Source: Octopus sinensis (lineage: Eukaryota). Taken from it: DNA of 64,000 bases. Below, piece by piece: positions 25,225 through 38,620 of the stretch. Where the stretch lies: positions 153,884,001 to 153,948,000 of the forward strand of contig NC_042999.1 in NCBI RefSeq assembly GCF_006345805.1. The letters run 5' to 3'. The notes under the pieces are model-generated. The model ran no database searches. It was not told the origin of the DNA and was given only the letters and a program-made list of their open reading frames with translations. The position numbers and the translations under genes are program-made. Position 1 is the first letter of the stretch, and each line of letters starts with the position of its first letter.

Positions 25225-25440
25225 AGTGAGCTGGCAGAAGCATTAGCAAACTAAGGAAAAATGCTTAGCAGTATTCCATCTGTCTTTATGCTCTGAGTTC
25301 AAATTCTGTCACGGTCAACTTGTCCTTTCATCCTTATGGGGTCGATAGAATAAGCATGTGTTGAGTACTGGGACCGATGTAATTAGGTTACCTCTTCTTC
25401 TGGAAGTCCTGGCCTTGTCCCAAAATTTGAAACCAATATG
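25225..25440 (+). mobile_element. SINE family C
   Basis: GAGCTGGCAGAAGCATTAGC...TGAGTTCAAATTC...GGCCTTGTCCCAAAATTTGAAACC. Confidence 0.85.
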
Positions 25441-25504
25441 AGTGTTTATGTTACTATCCACACACTCATGCACACATGAGCATATATGTGTAAGTTAATG
25501 TGTG

Positions 25505-25635
25505 ATGATAATGATATATATATACACATACACACACACATATATATATATATACATGCACACACACACATATATACATACACACGTACACACACACACA
25601 CACACAAATATATATATATTTATATGCATACATGC
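25505..25635. repeat. Mixed (TA)n/(CA)n microsatellite
   Basis: Direct reading. Confidence 0.9.
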
Positions 25636-28134
25636 CAATATAACAGCGTGAGTAGGTGTTACTGTGTTTATACAAAGACAAGTGCATCATGTACACATGA
25701 CAAGTAAATTACAACTTTAGATTTAATTCCTAATTGCTGCTATTTCAGTTCACTTCAACTGTTAATGCTCTTGGGAAAAATTTTCTTGTCACAATTCCAA
25801 AGACTTTGTCACAGAAATAGAGGAATACTGCACTGAAGGAGATGATTGAACAATGAAGAATTCAAAAGTTTATCTGATTAATGAGTGCTGCTTAATATTT
25901 CAAACTCTAACAATTATACACGCATGGGGATTATCGAAAATTTTAAAATTTGGTACATTAATGTAGTTTTCCAAGCTGAATTGCTGGAGTTATTTCACTT
26001 TTTCCAGAAATAAACTTTTCAAAAAAGTTATAGAGGTTTGAAGTTTGATCATTTTCACCCAATCAAGAAACAGGATTTGGAAGGTGTCATTTTGTGCGTG
26101 ACTGCACATTTTGTCAACATTCTGAAAATAGCACATTCTCAATATTTGTATTCTACACACGAAAAACGAGTAAACAATATGTCTTTTGTAGTTTTAAGCA
26201 TTCAACAACAGCATCAACAAGTGGTTTCAATATATTTGTCAACATGTGCTTTGTTGCAGACAAAAGAGTTCACATGTTCGACTTGTTACTATGGAAACAG
26301 GCAGGAATGTGCCTGTGGCTTACGACTGGCTAAAATTACCTAAAATTTTCAAACTTTAATAGTTAATAACTCTTTATTTATTGATTTATTTATGGCAAAA
26401 GTGATTTTCATGGCATTGATTAGACTATAAAAATGTTTAATTACACTAAATATGAAATCAATTTGGACATTGACCTCGGCAGCCAAATAGAAAAGATTCA
26501 CACACATAGTGTAGGTATGGCTGTGTGGTCAGGGAGTTTGTTTCCAAACTGTATGGTCTAGGGTACAGACTTACTGTGTGGTACCTTGGGCAAGTGTCTT
26601 TTACTATAGCTATGGGCTGTCCAAAACCTTACCCAATCACTCCCTAACACTCTCTTGTAAAACATGAGTAGACTTGCAGCTCCTCTACAACAAGAAACCT
26701 TTTCTGGCCCCTTCTCTCATCTGTAAGTATATAGCATCTACACACATACCTTACAAGCTGCATGTCAACCCCACTACAGCTGGTGGCATAAGGGAAGCAT
26801 CTAGTACACTCTGAAGAGGTTGGTGGGGTTAGAAAAGGGAAAAAACTATGGAAACCATTCCAAAGCAGACACTGGAGCATAATATAGTCCTTAGAGCCAT
26901 TTGAACTGTTCAACTCATATTAGCATGGAACATGGATGTTAAATAATGAGGATGATGATGCACTTAGAAGACTATAAATGAACACAGCAAAGCATTTTGG
27001 CTGAAAGTCTAATAAATAAATAATTTTTAACACTTGATCCCTATAAACTATACAAAAATCATTAAAGTTTTGTGTTTAAACAATAACTGAGAAGAATAAT
27101 ATTGGTAATCCAACACAAAGCTTTCATTATTGTCACTGTAAAGATTGCCAACAATTTAAGGAGTTCAATAGCAACTGTAGTATCATGGAAAACTGCACAT
27201 AATCTGGTGGGGGTGGGGGTGGCAGTGGTGCAGAGGAGGAAGTTAATCTTCTGAACTACATTGATTCCAGAGAAAAGAATTAATTGAATCCCAAATATCT
27301 CTAAAATATCCATAGACTGTCAATAACAGTATTTACACAGAAATTGAGAAAAGAATACAATAAATAATTTAAAAAAAAAAAACAAAAAAAAAACAAACAA
27401 AAAAAAAACTCTGAAAATATCCTTGAGGGACATGTTCACCTTTTCTGCAATTCTATTTTAAAATGAATAAATCATAGAGTTAAAAAAAAAAAAAATCAAT
27501 AGTCCAAAAGCCATTCTGTCTAAAATTGTTTTCCAATATACTTTTTCATCTCACCTCCTTGCAACCTCAACAACAACAACAGCTGAATAAACCAAACAAA
27601 AGAATGAGAAATTTCACATTTCTAAATAAGGACAAAGAACATTTGCATAAGAATTAGAGAAGTGGTTTTTTTAGTGAAGGAAATGATCATAGTACGGGGT
27701 CAAATGTTAGGTAATATAATTCCCACACAAAGCATGCCAGCTAATGGTCTATATATCATTAGCATTTCAATTAGTTAACTCTGATCGTACAAAATAAGAT
27801 ATCATCTTGTCTCCCCGCCACCCTTGAAATATCTAAAATTAAATGAAAATCTAATGTTCTTTGTCGTTATGCATTAAATTCGAAGATCAAAAGCCTGGTT
27901 TTTCTCTGTTCTACTACACATTTTCTGCAATAGCTTCGTCTTTTCTGTTTTTCGAAGCCACCATGTTTACATGGGTCGAAAGCATCTGAGCGCTGCAATA
28001 TTAGTGATATTGTTCAAGCTTTCGTCGTCACAGTTGGATGCTTTTCAACCAATGAAAGTTAGTGAAGCACTTTTATCGGTCATGCAGACTGATGTATGCA
28101 GGTTAAATCTAACTTTCTAAGCTTACCAAGCTTT

Positions 28135-28468
28135 GACCTGATGAGGTTTCCTTGGATGTTTGGCCATGATTGCCTTTTGTAATTGTTTTAGCAAGTTAGC
28201 AATAGTACCTTCCATTGATGGTGTGTAGTCCTTTTGAAAGTAGTCAATAAACCCAATGCCTTTTGCATCCCCCAAAAAACTGAGGATATCACCTTCCCTG
28301 GAGATTGAATGACCAAATGACATTGGGCTTCTTTGGGGCAGGTGAAGAGAGGTGTTTTCACTGTGTGGATTACCTCTTTTGTCTCTTGACCAAAGTGATG
28401 AAGCCAACACTCATCCTGGTTAAGGAAACATTAAAGAAAATCAGCAGGATTTGCCTGAAACAATGTCA
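28135..28468 (-). pseudogene. Mariner (DD34D) transposase relic with frameshifts and stops
   Basis: Minus frames LFQANPADFL*CFLNQDECWLHHFGQETK, SSPAPKK, and GDAKGIGFIDYFQK...ANLLKQLQKAIMAKHPRK match the mariner TQDECWVHHF.PE.K / VFWDAKG.V.IDYL / Y.NLL..LR.AI motifs. Confidence 0.88.
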
Positions 28469-29459
28469 CCATTGTTTTAATGTTCCCCTTATCCATACAT
28501 GCATGGGTTGAATGAGGTTTGTTGAGCAGATTCACAGTGGAGGGATGCCTTCCTGTTACCAACCCTTACTGGTTTCCATCCAAGATATTTCCCTGTGACA
28601 GGATACCCTTTCATGGAAGATTAGAAATAAAAGATACCGCTTGTTATGGCAGTGAGCACACTTGTGTACTACTATCACATGATGTCAAGACAGGAAGACA
28701 CAAACACCCCCCCACACACCCACACTCACTTGTGTGTGTGTGTGTAGTCCAATCCATGCCAACATGGAAATCTACATATATATGTAAATGAATGAGTAAA
28801 TATTCTAATGAATATTCATTAGAGATGTTATTATCAGCAGTAAATATATGAATAATTAATAACAATAATATTAGTGGCCAGCAAGCAATAATGCCGTTAA
28901 ATGGCTAAACAATAAAATGTTATAACTAACTAATAATTATAATAGAGGGTACACAAAGTACCAGCTTGCTACAAACAAGAGTTAAAACCCTCAAACAAGC
29001 CACTATCTCACTGAGATATAAAAGTCATGGGATCTAAAATTTACTGCAGCTGTTTTAGTAGAATTTTATTGATGTATTGATAGATTACATCGTAGCATAA
29101 AGCAACCATCCACAGGTAAATTTTAAACAGGTATAAACAAGTAATACTATTTGTTGGATAGGTCAGCATCAAGGTTTTTATCTTACTAGTTTATACCGGT
29201 CTGAAGTTTATCTAATAAATGTGGATTTATACTATGAATTTTTACCAAAACATCTGTAGTAAATTTTAAACCCCATTTCTGTTCTTTTTATACCTATTCC
29301 ACACCTGGAATCTATGATTTATATATCTAACTTCAGTACACTACTAATACAACAGTTCATGGTTGTCTTTACCTCACAGTGAACCCAATGTTATGCTACC
29401 TAGCCAGTCCTGGTGCCCTACATCTTGATGTGACTAGATTCTAATGCATGTTGTATCTA

Positions 29460-29790
29460 TCATCACCATCATTGTTTAACATCTGTTTTCCATGCTAGTA
29501 TGGGTTGGACAGTTCAACCGGGTTATGGGAAGCCAGGAGGCTGTACCAGGCTCCAGTCTGATCTGGCAATGTTTCTACAACTGGATGCCATTCCTAACGC
29601 CAACCACTCCGTGAGTGTAGTGGGTGCTTTTGATATGCCACTGGTACAGGTGCCAGGGGAGGCTGGCAACAGCCACGATCGGCTGGTGTTTTCTACGTGC
29701 CACTGGCACGGAAGCCAGTCAAGGCAGCACGGGCATCGGCCACGTACAGATGGTGCTTTTTACGTGCCATCGGAGGCTGGCAACGGCTAT
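29460..29790 (-). mobile_element. Family B
   Basis: Same core and internal units. Confidence 0.85.
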
Positions 29791-30714
29791 ATATAAATCT
29801 ATATATAAAACACATTTCACACACACCTTTTACTCTGTCATTTATCTCTTCCTACTTCTCCTCCTCCTCCTCCTCGAATCACCTCCGTTTAAACTCCATC
29901 CCTCATTCTCCATCCTATCCGTATTACTTTTTGCTAGCTGCTCCCTTTCTGTGCCTCCAGTTATCACTCGTTCTCCTGAGCTACATCTTAGATCCATCAT
30001 ACCTCGTCCTTAACATCACTCCTGTCTACTTTCTCAACACCCACTCACATTAACTATTAATGCCCTCAGCTACCTTTGTAACCCCACTAACCATTGCTAC
30101 CCTCATGTCTCTTTGACCTCCATCCCAGCCACAATCCATCACCCTCCCTTCCACAAACAGGTGAGGGAAAGGGGCTGTACCCAAAAGGCTTCACTGCCCC
30201 TTAGTAACAGGTTAGGAAGAGACTGGAATCATAGACTTCAAAGGCTCTCACAAACACTTGAGCTCAACATGGCCACTGTCCCTTCTTGGTGGGTGGGTGA
30301 ACACGGACATTCCAATAAAAGAAATTCCAGAAAGACAATGCTTTGAGAAAGATGGACAGGGTTTGTACACAACTTGACTTATGGGTAATAGTAGGAGGAG
30401 GAGAGGTAAGTGAGCCAGTAGTGCCAGAGTGGAGGGAGTAAAAAACCAGCTAGTTCTGAAAAGCAGACACCATTGTAGTAGGAACAGAAAATGAAGAGAG
30501 GGACAGAGAGTGAGAGAGGAGACACAGTATCTCTGTGAAAAAGGGGCTGGAGTGTATTGAGTGGATGACTTCATCCTAATAAATCCAGACTTTCATAAGC
30601 ATTTTTTACCCCTTCTTTTTTTTGAAGTTTCAGATATATTTAATTATAAGAAAGTCTTGTTGCCAGTATCTTGGAATCTACTAGTTTCCTAACCAGTACA
30701 AGATCTATTACAAC

Positions 30715-31670
30715 TACTATATTCTTTTCTACTCTAGGTACAAGGTCTGAAATTTTTGGGGAGGGAGCCAGTTGATTAGAGTGAACCCAGTATGAACTGG
30801 TACTTAATTTATCGACCCTGGAAGGATGAAAGGCTACGTTGACCTCTGAGGAATTTGAACTCAGAAGGTAAAGACAGACAAAATACCGCTAAGCATTTCG
30901 CCCAGCATGCTAATGTTTCTCACCACCTTAAAATATAATATTTTCTATTCTAGGAACAAGGCTCAAAATTTTTGGGGAGAGGGAGGGCAGTCAATTAGAT
31001 TGACCCCAGTACGCCACTGGAACTTAATTTATAGACACCAAAAGGATGAAAGGCAAAGTCGACCTCGGCAGAATTTGAACTTAGAATGTAAAGACAGACA
31101 AAATACCGCTAAGCGCTTCGCCTGGCGTGCTAACATATCTGCCAACTCACCACCTTAAAATATAATATTTTCTATTCTAGGCACAAGGCCCAAAGTGTTG
31201 GGGAGAGTGCCAGTCGATTAGATTCACTGGTACTTAATTTATCAACCCCGAAAAGATGAAAGGCAAAATCGACCTCGGCAGAATTTGAACTCAGAACGTA
31301 AAGACAGACAAAATATTGCTGATCATTTCACCCAGCATGCTAATGTTTCTGCCAGCTCACCACCTTATTACAACTACTATATTATTAATTGCCACTAGTT
31401 CAATACTGAATCTCCTCAAAGGAATCAACCAAGGGGGAAGGACAAGAAATATTGGCTTCAAATTTTGGTACAAAGCCAGCAAGATCAGGGGAGGGGGATA
31501 AGGCAATGACATTGACCCTAATGTTCAACTGGTACTTATTTTATTGACCCTGGAAGGTCAAAGGGTGAAATTGACCTCAGCAAAATTTAAACATAGAATG
31601 TAAAGACAGATGAAATACTTCTAAGCATCTTTCCCAGAGTGCTAACGATTCTGCCAGCTTGCCATTAACA
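30715..31670 (-). mobile_element. Cluster of four same-orientation SINE family C copies
   Basis: Four GGATGAAAGG...GACCTC...ATTTGAACTCAGAA...TAAAGACAGAC-type blocks. Confidence 0.9.
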
Positions 31671-32470
31671 GAAATCAATCAAGAGAGAAGAATCAGAAAT
31701 ATTGATACTTTTTTGTTAGTACCGAGTTTTTATTATTTTTTTTATATTTTATGTTTATGTATGTTTCATTGGTACTTATGAATATGGATATGGAAGCTGC
31801 AGCAGATCTAGATGGGAAACATTCAATAGAAGTTATTATGGTGTCTGGAAATGAAAAAAAAAAAATCCAATGTATGGAAGTGACTTTTTTTTCTTTATGT
31901 TGGATGAAAGATGATATGTGCCATGTCGAATATGAAAGAAGTTTTTCAATGTTGTTTGAAAGGTAACAACACTTCCCCTGTCTTCCTCTTCTAAACCAGT
32001 CCCGCAGTGAAGAGCTGCTAATTTCCCTTATAAGAAAATACTTTGAAGTTGTTCAAACCAATGGAATAAATGATACACAGGAAACAGAAAGATATAATGA
32101 TGATAATAATAATAATAATAATAATAATAGTCAATGTTTACAAAAAGCAGACATAGTGGAACTTCAAAGGTATGTGAGAAAGGGGAATAGCAAATCCATT
32201 CTTGGCAAGCTGATTGGTGTTTTCATTTTGTTTATTTTTTTTTATACTTATTTTAGTCATTGGACTGCAGCTATGCTGGGCTCATCTTGAAGGGTTTTAG
32301 TCAAACAAATGATCCCAGTAGTTACGTTTTTTTTTTGTCTTTTCTAAGTTCGGTACTTAATTTCCTTCGTCACTTGTGCCAAACTGCTACATTATGCAGA
32401 TGTAAACAAACCAACACCGGTTATCAAGTGGTGGTGTAAAATCACAGACTTATACATACAAATCCTCATC

Positions 32471-32883
32471 AGGCGGAGGAGTGGCTGTGTGCACAGGCAT
32501 AAGAGTGGCTGTGTGGTAAGTAGCTTGATACGAACCACATGGTTCCGGTTCAGTCCCACTGTGTGGCACATTGGGTGTCTTCTACTATAGCCTCGGGCTG
32601 ACCAAAGCTTTGTGAGTGGATTTGGTAGACGGAAGCTGAAAGAAGCCCGTCGTATATATGTATATATGTGTGTGTCTATGCTTGTGTGTCTGTGTTTGTC
32701 CCCCAACATCGCTTGACAACCGATGCTGGTGTGTTTACGTCCTCGTAACTTAGCGGTTCGGCAAAAGGGACCGATAGAATAAGTACTAGGCTTACAAAGA
32801 ATAAGTCCTGGGGTCGATTTGCTCGACTAAAAAGTGGTGCTCCAGCATGGCCACAGTCAAATGACTGAAACAAGTAAAAGAGT
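32471..32883 (+). mobile_element. SINE family A with duplicated 5' head
   Basis: GAGTGGCTGTGT occurs twice within about 25 bp; full body follows. Confidence 0.9.
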
Positions 32884-34141
32884 ATTTAACATCCATTTTT
32901 CCTGATTGCATGGGTTGGGTTTTTTGACAAGATCCAGCGAGTCACAGAGCAATGGAGAGTTCCAGTGTCAACTTCTGTGTGGTTCCTACCATTAGATGGT
33001 CTTCCTTAAACCAAACACTTTACAGGGTGAACTGAGAGCACTTTCTGCGCAACCAGCACCAGTGAGGTGACCAGATAACTTGCCAGATGAGAAAAAGGGA
33101 AAGGCAAAAAGCTCCTGTTACTAGTATTTGAGAAGGAAGGGGTTAGCTTTATGCCTGGTGTTGAAAGGCTAAACTGTGATAGAGGGACAAGCACAGATGT
33201 CCTGCTTCAGAGGGGATAAATGGCTACCCCACATTATATGAAAGGTGGGTGGGAGTAGCTGAGAAGGAGATAAAGACAATAGTGTTGGAGTGCCAAAGCA
33301 CACTCTCAAAGTACAAGAAGGTGAACTTATGAGAGAGGACAGAGAAGGGGTCAGAGTAGGGGAGAAGAAAGAGGGTATTTTCATGAGGGTGTGAATGATA
33401 GAAGAGGGGTAAGGCCAGAGAGATAGACGTGGTTCAGGAAGGACAGATCAGAAGGTACGGGCATAATGTGCAAAGAGTAGGAGTAGTAGGGAAGGGGATG
33501 TAAGGGTACAAAAGGGTCGCTCCAGTGAGCAGGGAATAATGGAAAATATGAGAGGATGCTGAGAAAGGATTTGATTGGGAGATACTGTGATTAGTTGAAA
33601 TTGTTAGAGTATTGGATAACAAGCCTTGCGGTATTTGTTCGGTGAGTCTCCACACCTTGTGTTCTCATCCCATCAAGGTCAACTTTGCTGTTTATACTTC
33701 ACGACTCAATAAAGTACCAATCCATCCACTTCTTTTTCTTTCTTTCTAGGTAAAATAACCTCTATTCAGACCTGGAAAGGGATGGACCCTGTTGTTTAAA
33801 TGCCAAAGACACATGATATGTCACAATGGAGCCCCTTATGATTCCATTAATAGTTGAAGGTTCGAGGAAGAAAGAATTAATGTTGTTGAGAAAAACTTCA
33901 AGATCACAACTCTTGATTTATTTTTCTCATAAATAGACACAACACATCAACATTGTTGTCATTGTAAAGTCCAATTTTATATGATTGCACAGGTGACTGA
34001 GTTCACCAAGGCAGATTATCTACAACTGGATACCCTTACTGTTGCCAACCCTCACCTGTTTCTGAGTAAGGTAATATTTCCCCATGACCAGACATGCTTT
34101 TGCAGAATATTGGAAAGACACATTTGTATGACAGTAACACT

Positions 34142-34360
34142 CAGGATACTAAAGCAAGGACACACACACACACAGGATATCGAAGCAAGAACAGATACAC
34201 ACATACAGGATACCAAAGCAAGAACAGCCATACACACACACACAGGATATCAAAGCAAGATCAGACACATACATACAGGATATCAAAGCAAGATCAGACA
34301 CACACACACAGGATATCAAAGCAAGATCAGACACACACATAGGATACCAAAGCAAAGACA
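34142..34360 (+). repeat. Minisatellite: 7 x AGGATAYCAAAGCAAG separated by CA-rich spacers
   Basis: Direct reading. Confidence 0.9.
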
Positions 34361-35469
34361 GACAGACACACACACACACGCACATTCATTCATATACACA
34401 CACACACACAACAGGTTTATTTCGGTTTCCATCCAGCAAATCCACTCACTGAGTTATTGTTGATTATGGATTAGATAGATGGCAGTAGACCAAGGTACCA
34501 CACAGAGGGTCCGAACCAAAAACCATGCAGTCCAGAAGCAAACTATTAAAATTCAATTCCTATATAATGAAACAATAAAGAAAAAAACTATACTGGTGGC
34601 ACAAAAGAAAAAAAAGTCACTGAATACATTCTGTAAAGTTGTTGGCATTAAGAAAGGCATCCAACCATAGAAAAGATTCTAAAGCTCACATCAGAGTTCA
34701 ATCCAGTCCCGTGACTTGCCAGATCCTTGTCAAACCATCCAACCTGCACCAGCATGGAAAATGGATGTTAAATAATCATGGAAACGATGAGCATTCCATC
34801 TTGTTCTATTTAGCAAATGTTATCAAGCCGATCTTTAGCTGCCACATCACAGACTATCAGTAGATCGGATCAGTTCTGCACGGAGCTTTTTAATTCACTA
34901 TCCATCACACACAAGAGAAATAAAACAAGTTCTTGTCAGACAGATGAAGTTCATGAAACAATAACAAAATCGTAGTTATTGACATAAATGGAGTAACATT
35001 CTATCAAATAGATCCAAACAGATAAGGGAAAAAAAAAAATCAACAGACGAAGTGGTTTTTTTTTTTATATTCTGTTTTCATTGGTTGTTAACAAGAGTTA
35101 AGAAAACCGGCGACCTCTATATGATAGAGCGCAAATAGAGCTGACTGGTGCTGTTCAACAACAAAATCAATATATTCACATAAAAATCAAAAGACAAAGT
35201 AAGGCAAAGAGATAGAGTTACTAATGGTATTAAAGCTTTTAAAATATTTAGTTTGAATGATAGATGAGAGGCAGGGGGGGGGGACCTTCACCAACCATTC
35301 ACATTATGTGTGTATGTATGTGCTTGCATGTATATAAGTGTATAGGTGTGTGTGTATGCATATACATATGTATTTTATGTCATGTGTATAAAGGTATCAA
35401 TGATGGAGTATATTTGAAAGAACAGAAAGAAGAGACAACAGGGTCCCAGACAATGCAACAAATGTTATC

Positions 35470-35710
35470 TACATCATTGTCATCATCGTTTAACGCCTGC
35501 TTTCCATGCTGGCATGGGTTGGACGGGTTTGACTGAGGGCTGGTAAGCCAGAAGGCTGCACCAAATTCCAATCCAATCTGGCAGTGTTTCTACAGCTGGA
35601 TGCCCTTCATAATGCCAACCACTCTGAGAGTGTAGTGGGTGCTTATGTGTCACCGGCACAGGACCAGTCAGCTGGTACTGGCATCGACCACGCTTGAATG
35701 GTGCTAATAA
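35470..35710 (-). mobile_element. Family B
   Basis: CATCATCGTTTAACGCCTGCTTTCCATGCTGGCATGGGTTGG... Confidence 0.85.
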
Positions 35711-35789
35711 CAAAAAGACAAAAAAAAAAAACTATTCATGCAACATAGCATTTCATTCACACACACATGTATCTATGTAAACCAAGAAG

Positions 35790-36258
35790 TAATAACAATA
35801 ACTATTTCAAATTTTGTCACAAGGCCAGCAATTTCAAGGGAGGGGGCAAGTCAATTACAGTGCCCCCAGTGCTCAACTGGGACTCATTCTATCGACCCCG
35901 AAAGGATGAAAGGCAAAGTCGACCTTGGCAGAATTTGAACTCAGAACATGGAGACAAATGAAGAAATAAGGTTAATTTCTGTTATAGTCACAAGGTCTGG
36001 AATTTTGAGTGAATTAGTTAGTCGATTACAACACCCCCCACCAGTGGTCAACTGGGACTTATTTCATCTTGTAAGGATGAAAGGTAAAGCTGACCTTGGC
36101 AAAGTTTGAACTTAAAATGTAAAGACAAAATGCTGCTAAGCATTTTGACAAGTGGGTTAGTGATTCTGCCAGCTCCCTGTAATAATAATAATGATAATTC
36201 CAAATTCTTGCACAAGGCTATTAATTTTGAAGGGGGGAATGGGTGAGTTGATTACATC

Positions 36259-36260
<2 letters not shown>
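35790..36260 (-). mobile_element. Three consecutive family C copies or fragments
   Basis: CACAAGGC...GGATGAAAGG...TTTGAACT repeated. Confidence 0.8.
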
Positions 36261-36301
<41 letters not shown>

Positions 36302-36872
36302 TGCGCACATGCACATTTTTGTGTCTTGTTATGACATCACATGATGGTCATAAATAAGTGTCACTCACCTCCAGTAGTTTGCAAAAACATGTCTGGCCAA
36401 GGGGAAATATTACCTTGCTTGGAAACAGGTGAAGGCTGGTGACAGGAAAAACATTCAACCACAAAGAAAATCTGCCTCAATGCATTCCATTCAATCTATG
36501 CATGCACAGTAAAGTGGATGTTAAAATGATGTGCATACATACAAGCACCACCATTATCAATTTGGAGTTTAGTCAGCTCAGCAATGCTCTATAGATAACC
36601 AGCAGGAAAACAATGATTCTTAGTGCAACACACAACCTTCAAATATCTTTTGTTTTTTCTTTTTTTTTCACCAAACTGCTGCCAGACTTCTCCCTCCACC
36701 TCTCTAAAGATGATCTATACTAATTCCACAAAATTCACAACAAACATAGCTCTTCGGGGACAGCCATTCCATTTACTGTTGTATATCTATCTATCTGTAT
36801 ATTTGAAGTGTATTCCATTAGGAACAAATTAGAGTACAAAATAGAGCTCATTTGCCCTTAGAATTACCAAAT

Positions 36873-37197
36873 TTTTTATTTATCTATGTGCCCTTTTCAA
36901 GCCTAGCCAGGAACATGGACTCGGTTTCCCAGTTTTTGTGGCATATGTGTTCCCCCCAGCTGGACGGGATACCAGTCCATCGCAGCGTTACTCAAGAAAC
37001 AGGAAAAGAGAGTGAGAGAAAGTTGGGGCGAAAGAGTACAACAGGGGTCGCCACCACCCCCTACCGGAGCCACATGGAGCTGTTTAGGTGTTTTCGCTCA
37101 ATAAACACCAAAAAAAAAAACCCCGGTCTAGGAATTGAAACCGTGAGCCTCCGACTGCAAGTCCGCTGCCCTAACCACTGGGCCATTGCGCCTCCAC
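36873..37197 (-). mobile_element. SINE (head 1 + tail Y) with 13-bp target-site duplication
   Basis: AGAATTACCAAAT at 36860-36872 and 37198-37210; head matches 51201-51573, tail GCTGCGATGGACTGGTATCCCGTCCAG differs. Confidence 0.88.
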
Positions 37198-37363
37198 AGA
37201 ATTACCAAATAGCTGATAGTATTTGAAGTCTAGGCTTAGGCATTCATGTGTGAAAAATATTTGAATAGTCAACAGGAAGGAAACACAAGTAGTGCTTATT
37301 AAATAGCTGTCTAAACGTACTCCTTCCTGTTAGGTCTATTCAATTTTTACCTATCTGTATAGA

Positions 37364-37580
37364 TATATCAAAACAGGAAGTTGAACAAATTCTTTGGTAT
37401 TATTCATTTACCATTACACAGGAGTCATTTGATTCTCTTTCTGAAGGACTTCTAATAGGAAATTTCTTACATGCTTGTCTGACATGTACAATTTTGTGAT
37501 TCCTAATAGCAAACGAAACATGTGTAATGGTGAACAAATAATATACCAAAACAATTTTGCCAACTTCCTGTTTTGATATA
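37364..37580. repeat. Fold-back element with ~57-bp imperfect inverted arms
   Basis: TATATCAAAACAGGAAGTTG...CCATTACACA vs TGTGTAATGG...CAACTTCCTGTTTTGATATA. Confidence 0.85.
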
Positions 37581-38066
37581 CAATTATTGCGCAAACAATA
37601 TTTCCAGAATTTCCAACTAATTCATACCTCGCATAAATATAACTACATACTGGATTGTAATACTGGAATATACATATGTGCTTCAACAGGACACAACCTA
37701 GATAGATATAAATACACTTACAATGGGTGACAAAATGCCAATAAAAGCACAGAATAGATAAGCATCAGATTAATGTTGGAACTTATAGCTTATATTGATT
37801 TCTGTATCAAACTTATGAGTTAATACCAATATTTGGCTTTTTGCTATGTTGTGTTGCATCATTAAGTACACTTGGTTGCATAATGCATATTATTGCATCC
37901 ACCAGTCACTGAATTGTCGAAACAGGTGTTAAGATTAATCAAGGACTATCATTTTTCTTTGTAATTATATTTATACAACACTTTTATAAACGTTTTGATT
38001 CCATGCATAAATGCTTGTCCATCTTTTATTGTTTTATCATATATATATGTACACACACACTCACAC

Positions 38067-38189
38067 TAATATTTAGCAGAATCAACAGAGTAACTCAAGG
38101 CTTGAGAGTTTCATGTGTTGGCACTTATCAAGTGCCAACGTACAAAACTCTCAAACCTTGAGTCACCCTGATGCTTCTGATAAATATTA
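38067..38189. repeat. 123-bp imperfect palindrome
   Basis: Centre GTTGGCACTT-ATC-AAGTGCCAAC; arms ACTCAAGGCTTGAGAGTTT / AAACTCTCAAACCTTGAGT; ends TAATATTTA / TAAATATTA. Confidence 0.88.
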
Positions 38190-38239
38190 ATAAAAATATA
38201 CATATATTCATATTTTGAGTTCTATTTTTCCTGTTTGCA

Positions 38240-38620
38240 CCAACATCATCATCATCGTTTAACGTTCGTTTTCCATGCTAGCATGGGTTGGACCATTCGA
38301 CCGATGTCTGGGAAGCCAGGAGGCTGCACCAGGCTCCAGTCTGATCTGGCAGTGTTTCTACAGCTGGATGCCCTTCCTAACACCAACCACTCTGTGAGTG
38401 TAGTGGGTGCTTTTTACGTGCCACCGGCACAAGTATCACAACTACAATTTCCATTTGATATTTATTTTGATGTTGATGTATTTGACTCAATAGGTCTCCT
38501 CAAGCACAGCAGGTCATGTACCACTGGCACAGAAGCCAGTCAAGGCAGCGCTGGCATCGGCCACGTTTGGATGGTGCTTTTTACGTGCTGCCGGCACAGG
38601 TATCATAACTACAATTTCCA
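38240..38620 (-). mobile_element. Family B
   Basis: Family core plus ACAACTACAATTTCCA duplicated. Confidence 0.85.

Noticed and set aside
27555-27582. 28-nt segment with good AG/GT sites on the minus strand
   Set aside because: Encodes LLLLLRLQG from a (CAA)n tract and does not match the expected SSTDSYSS upstream exon.
29800-33660. Purine- or pyrimidine-skewed blocks (29800-30570, 32990-33660; also 48300-48660 and 52970-53240)
   Set aside because: Probably very old LINE remnants, but no motif is clear enough to call.
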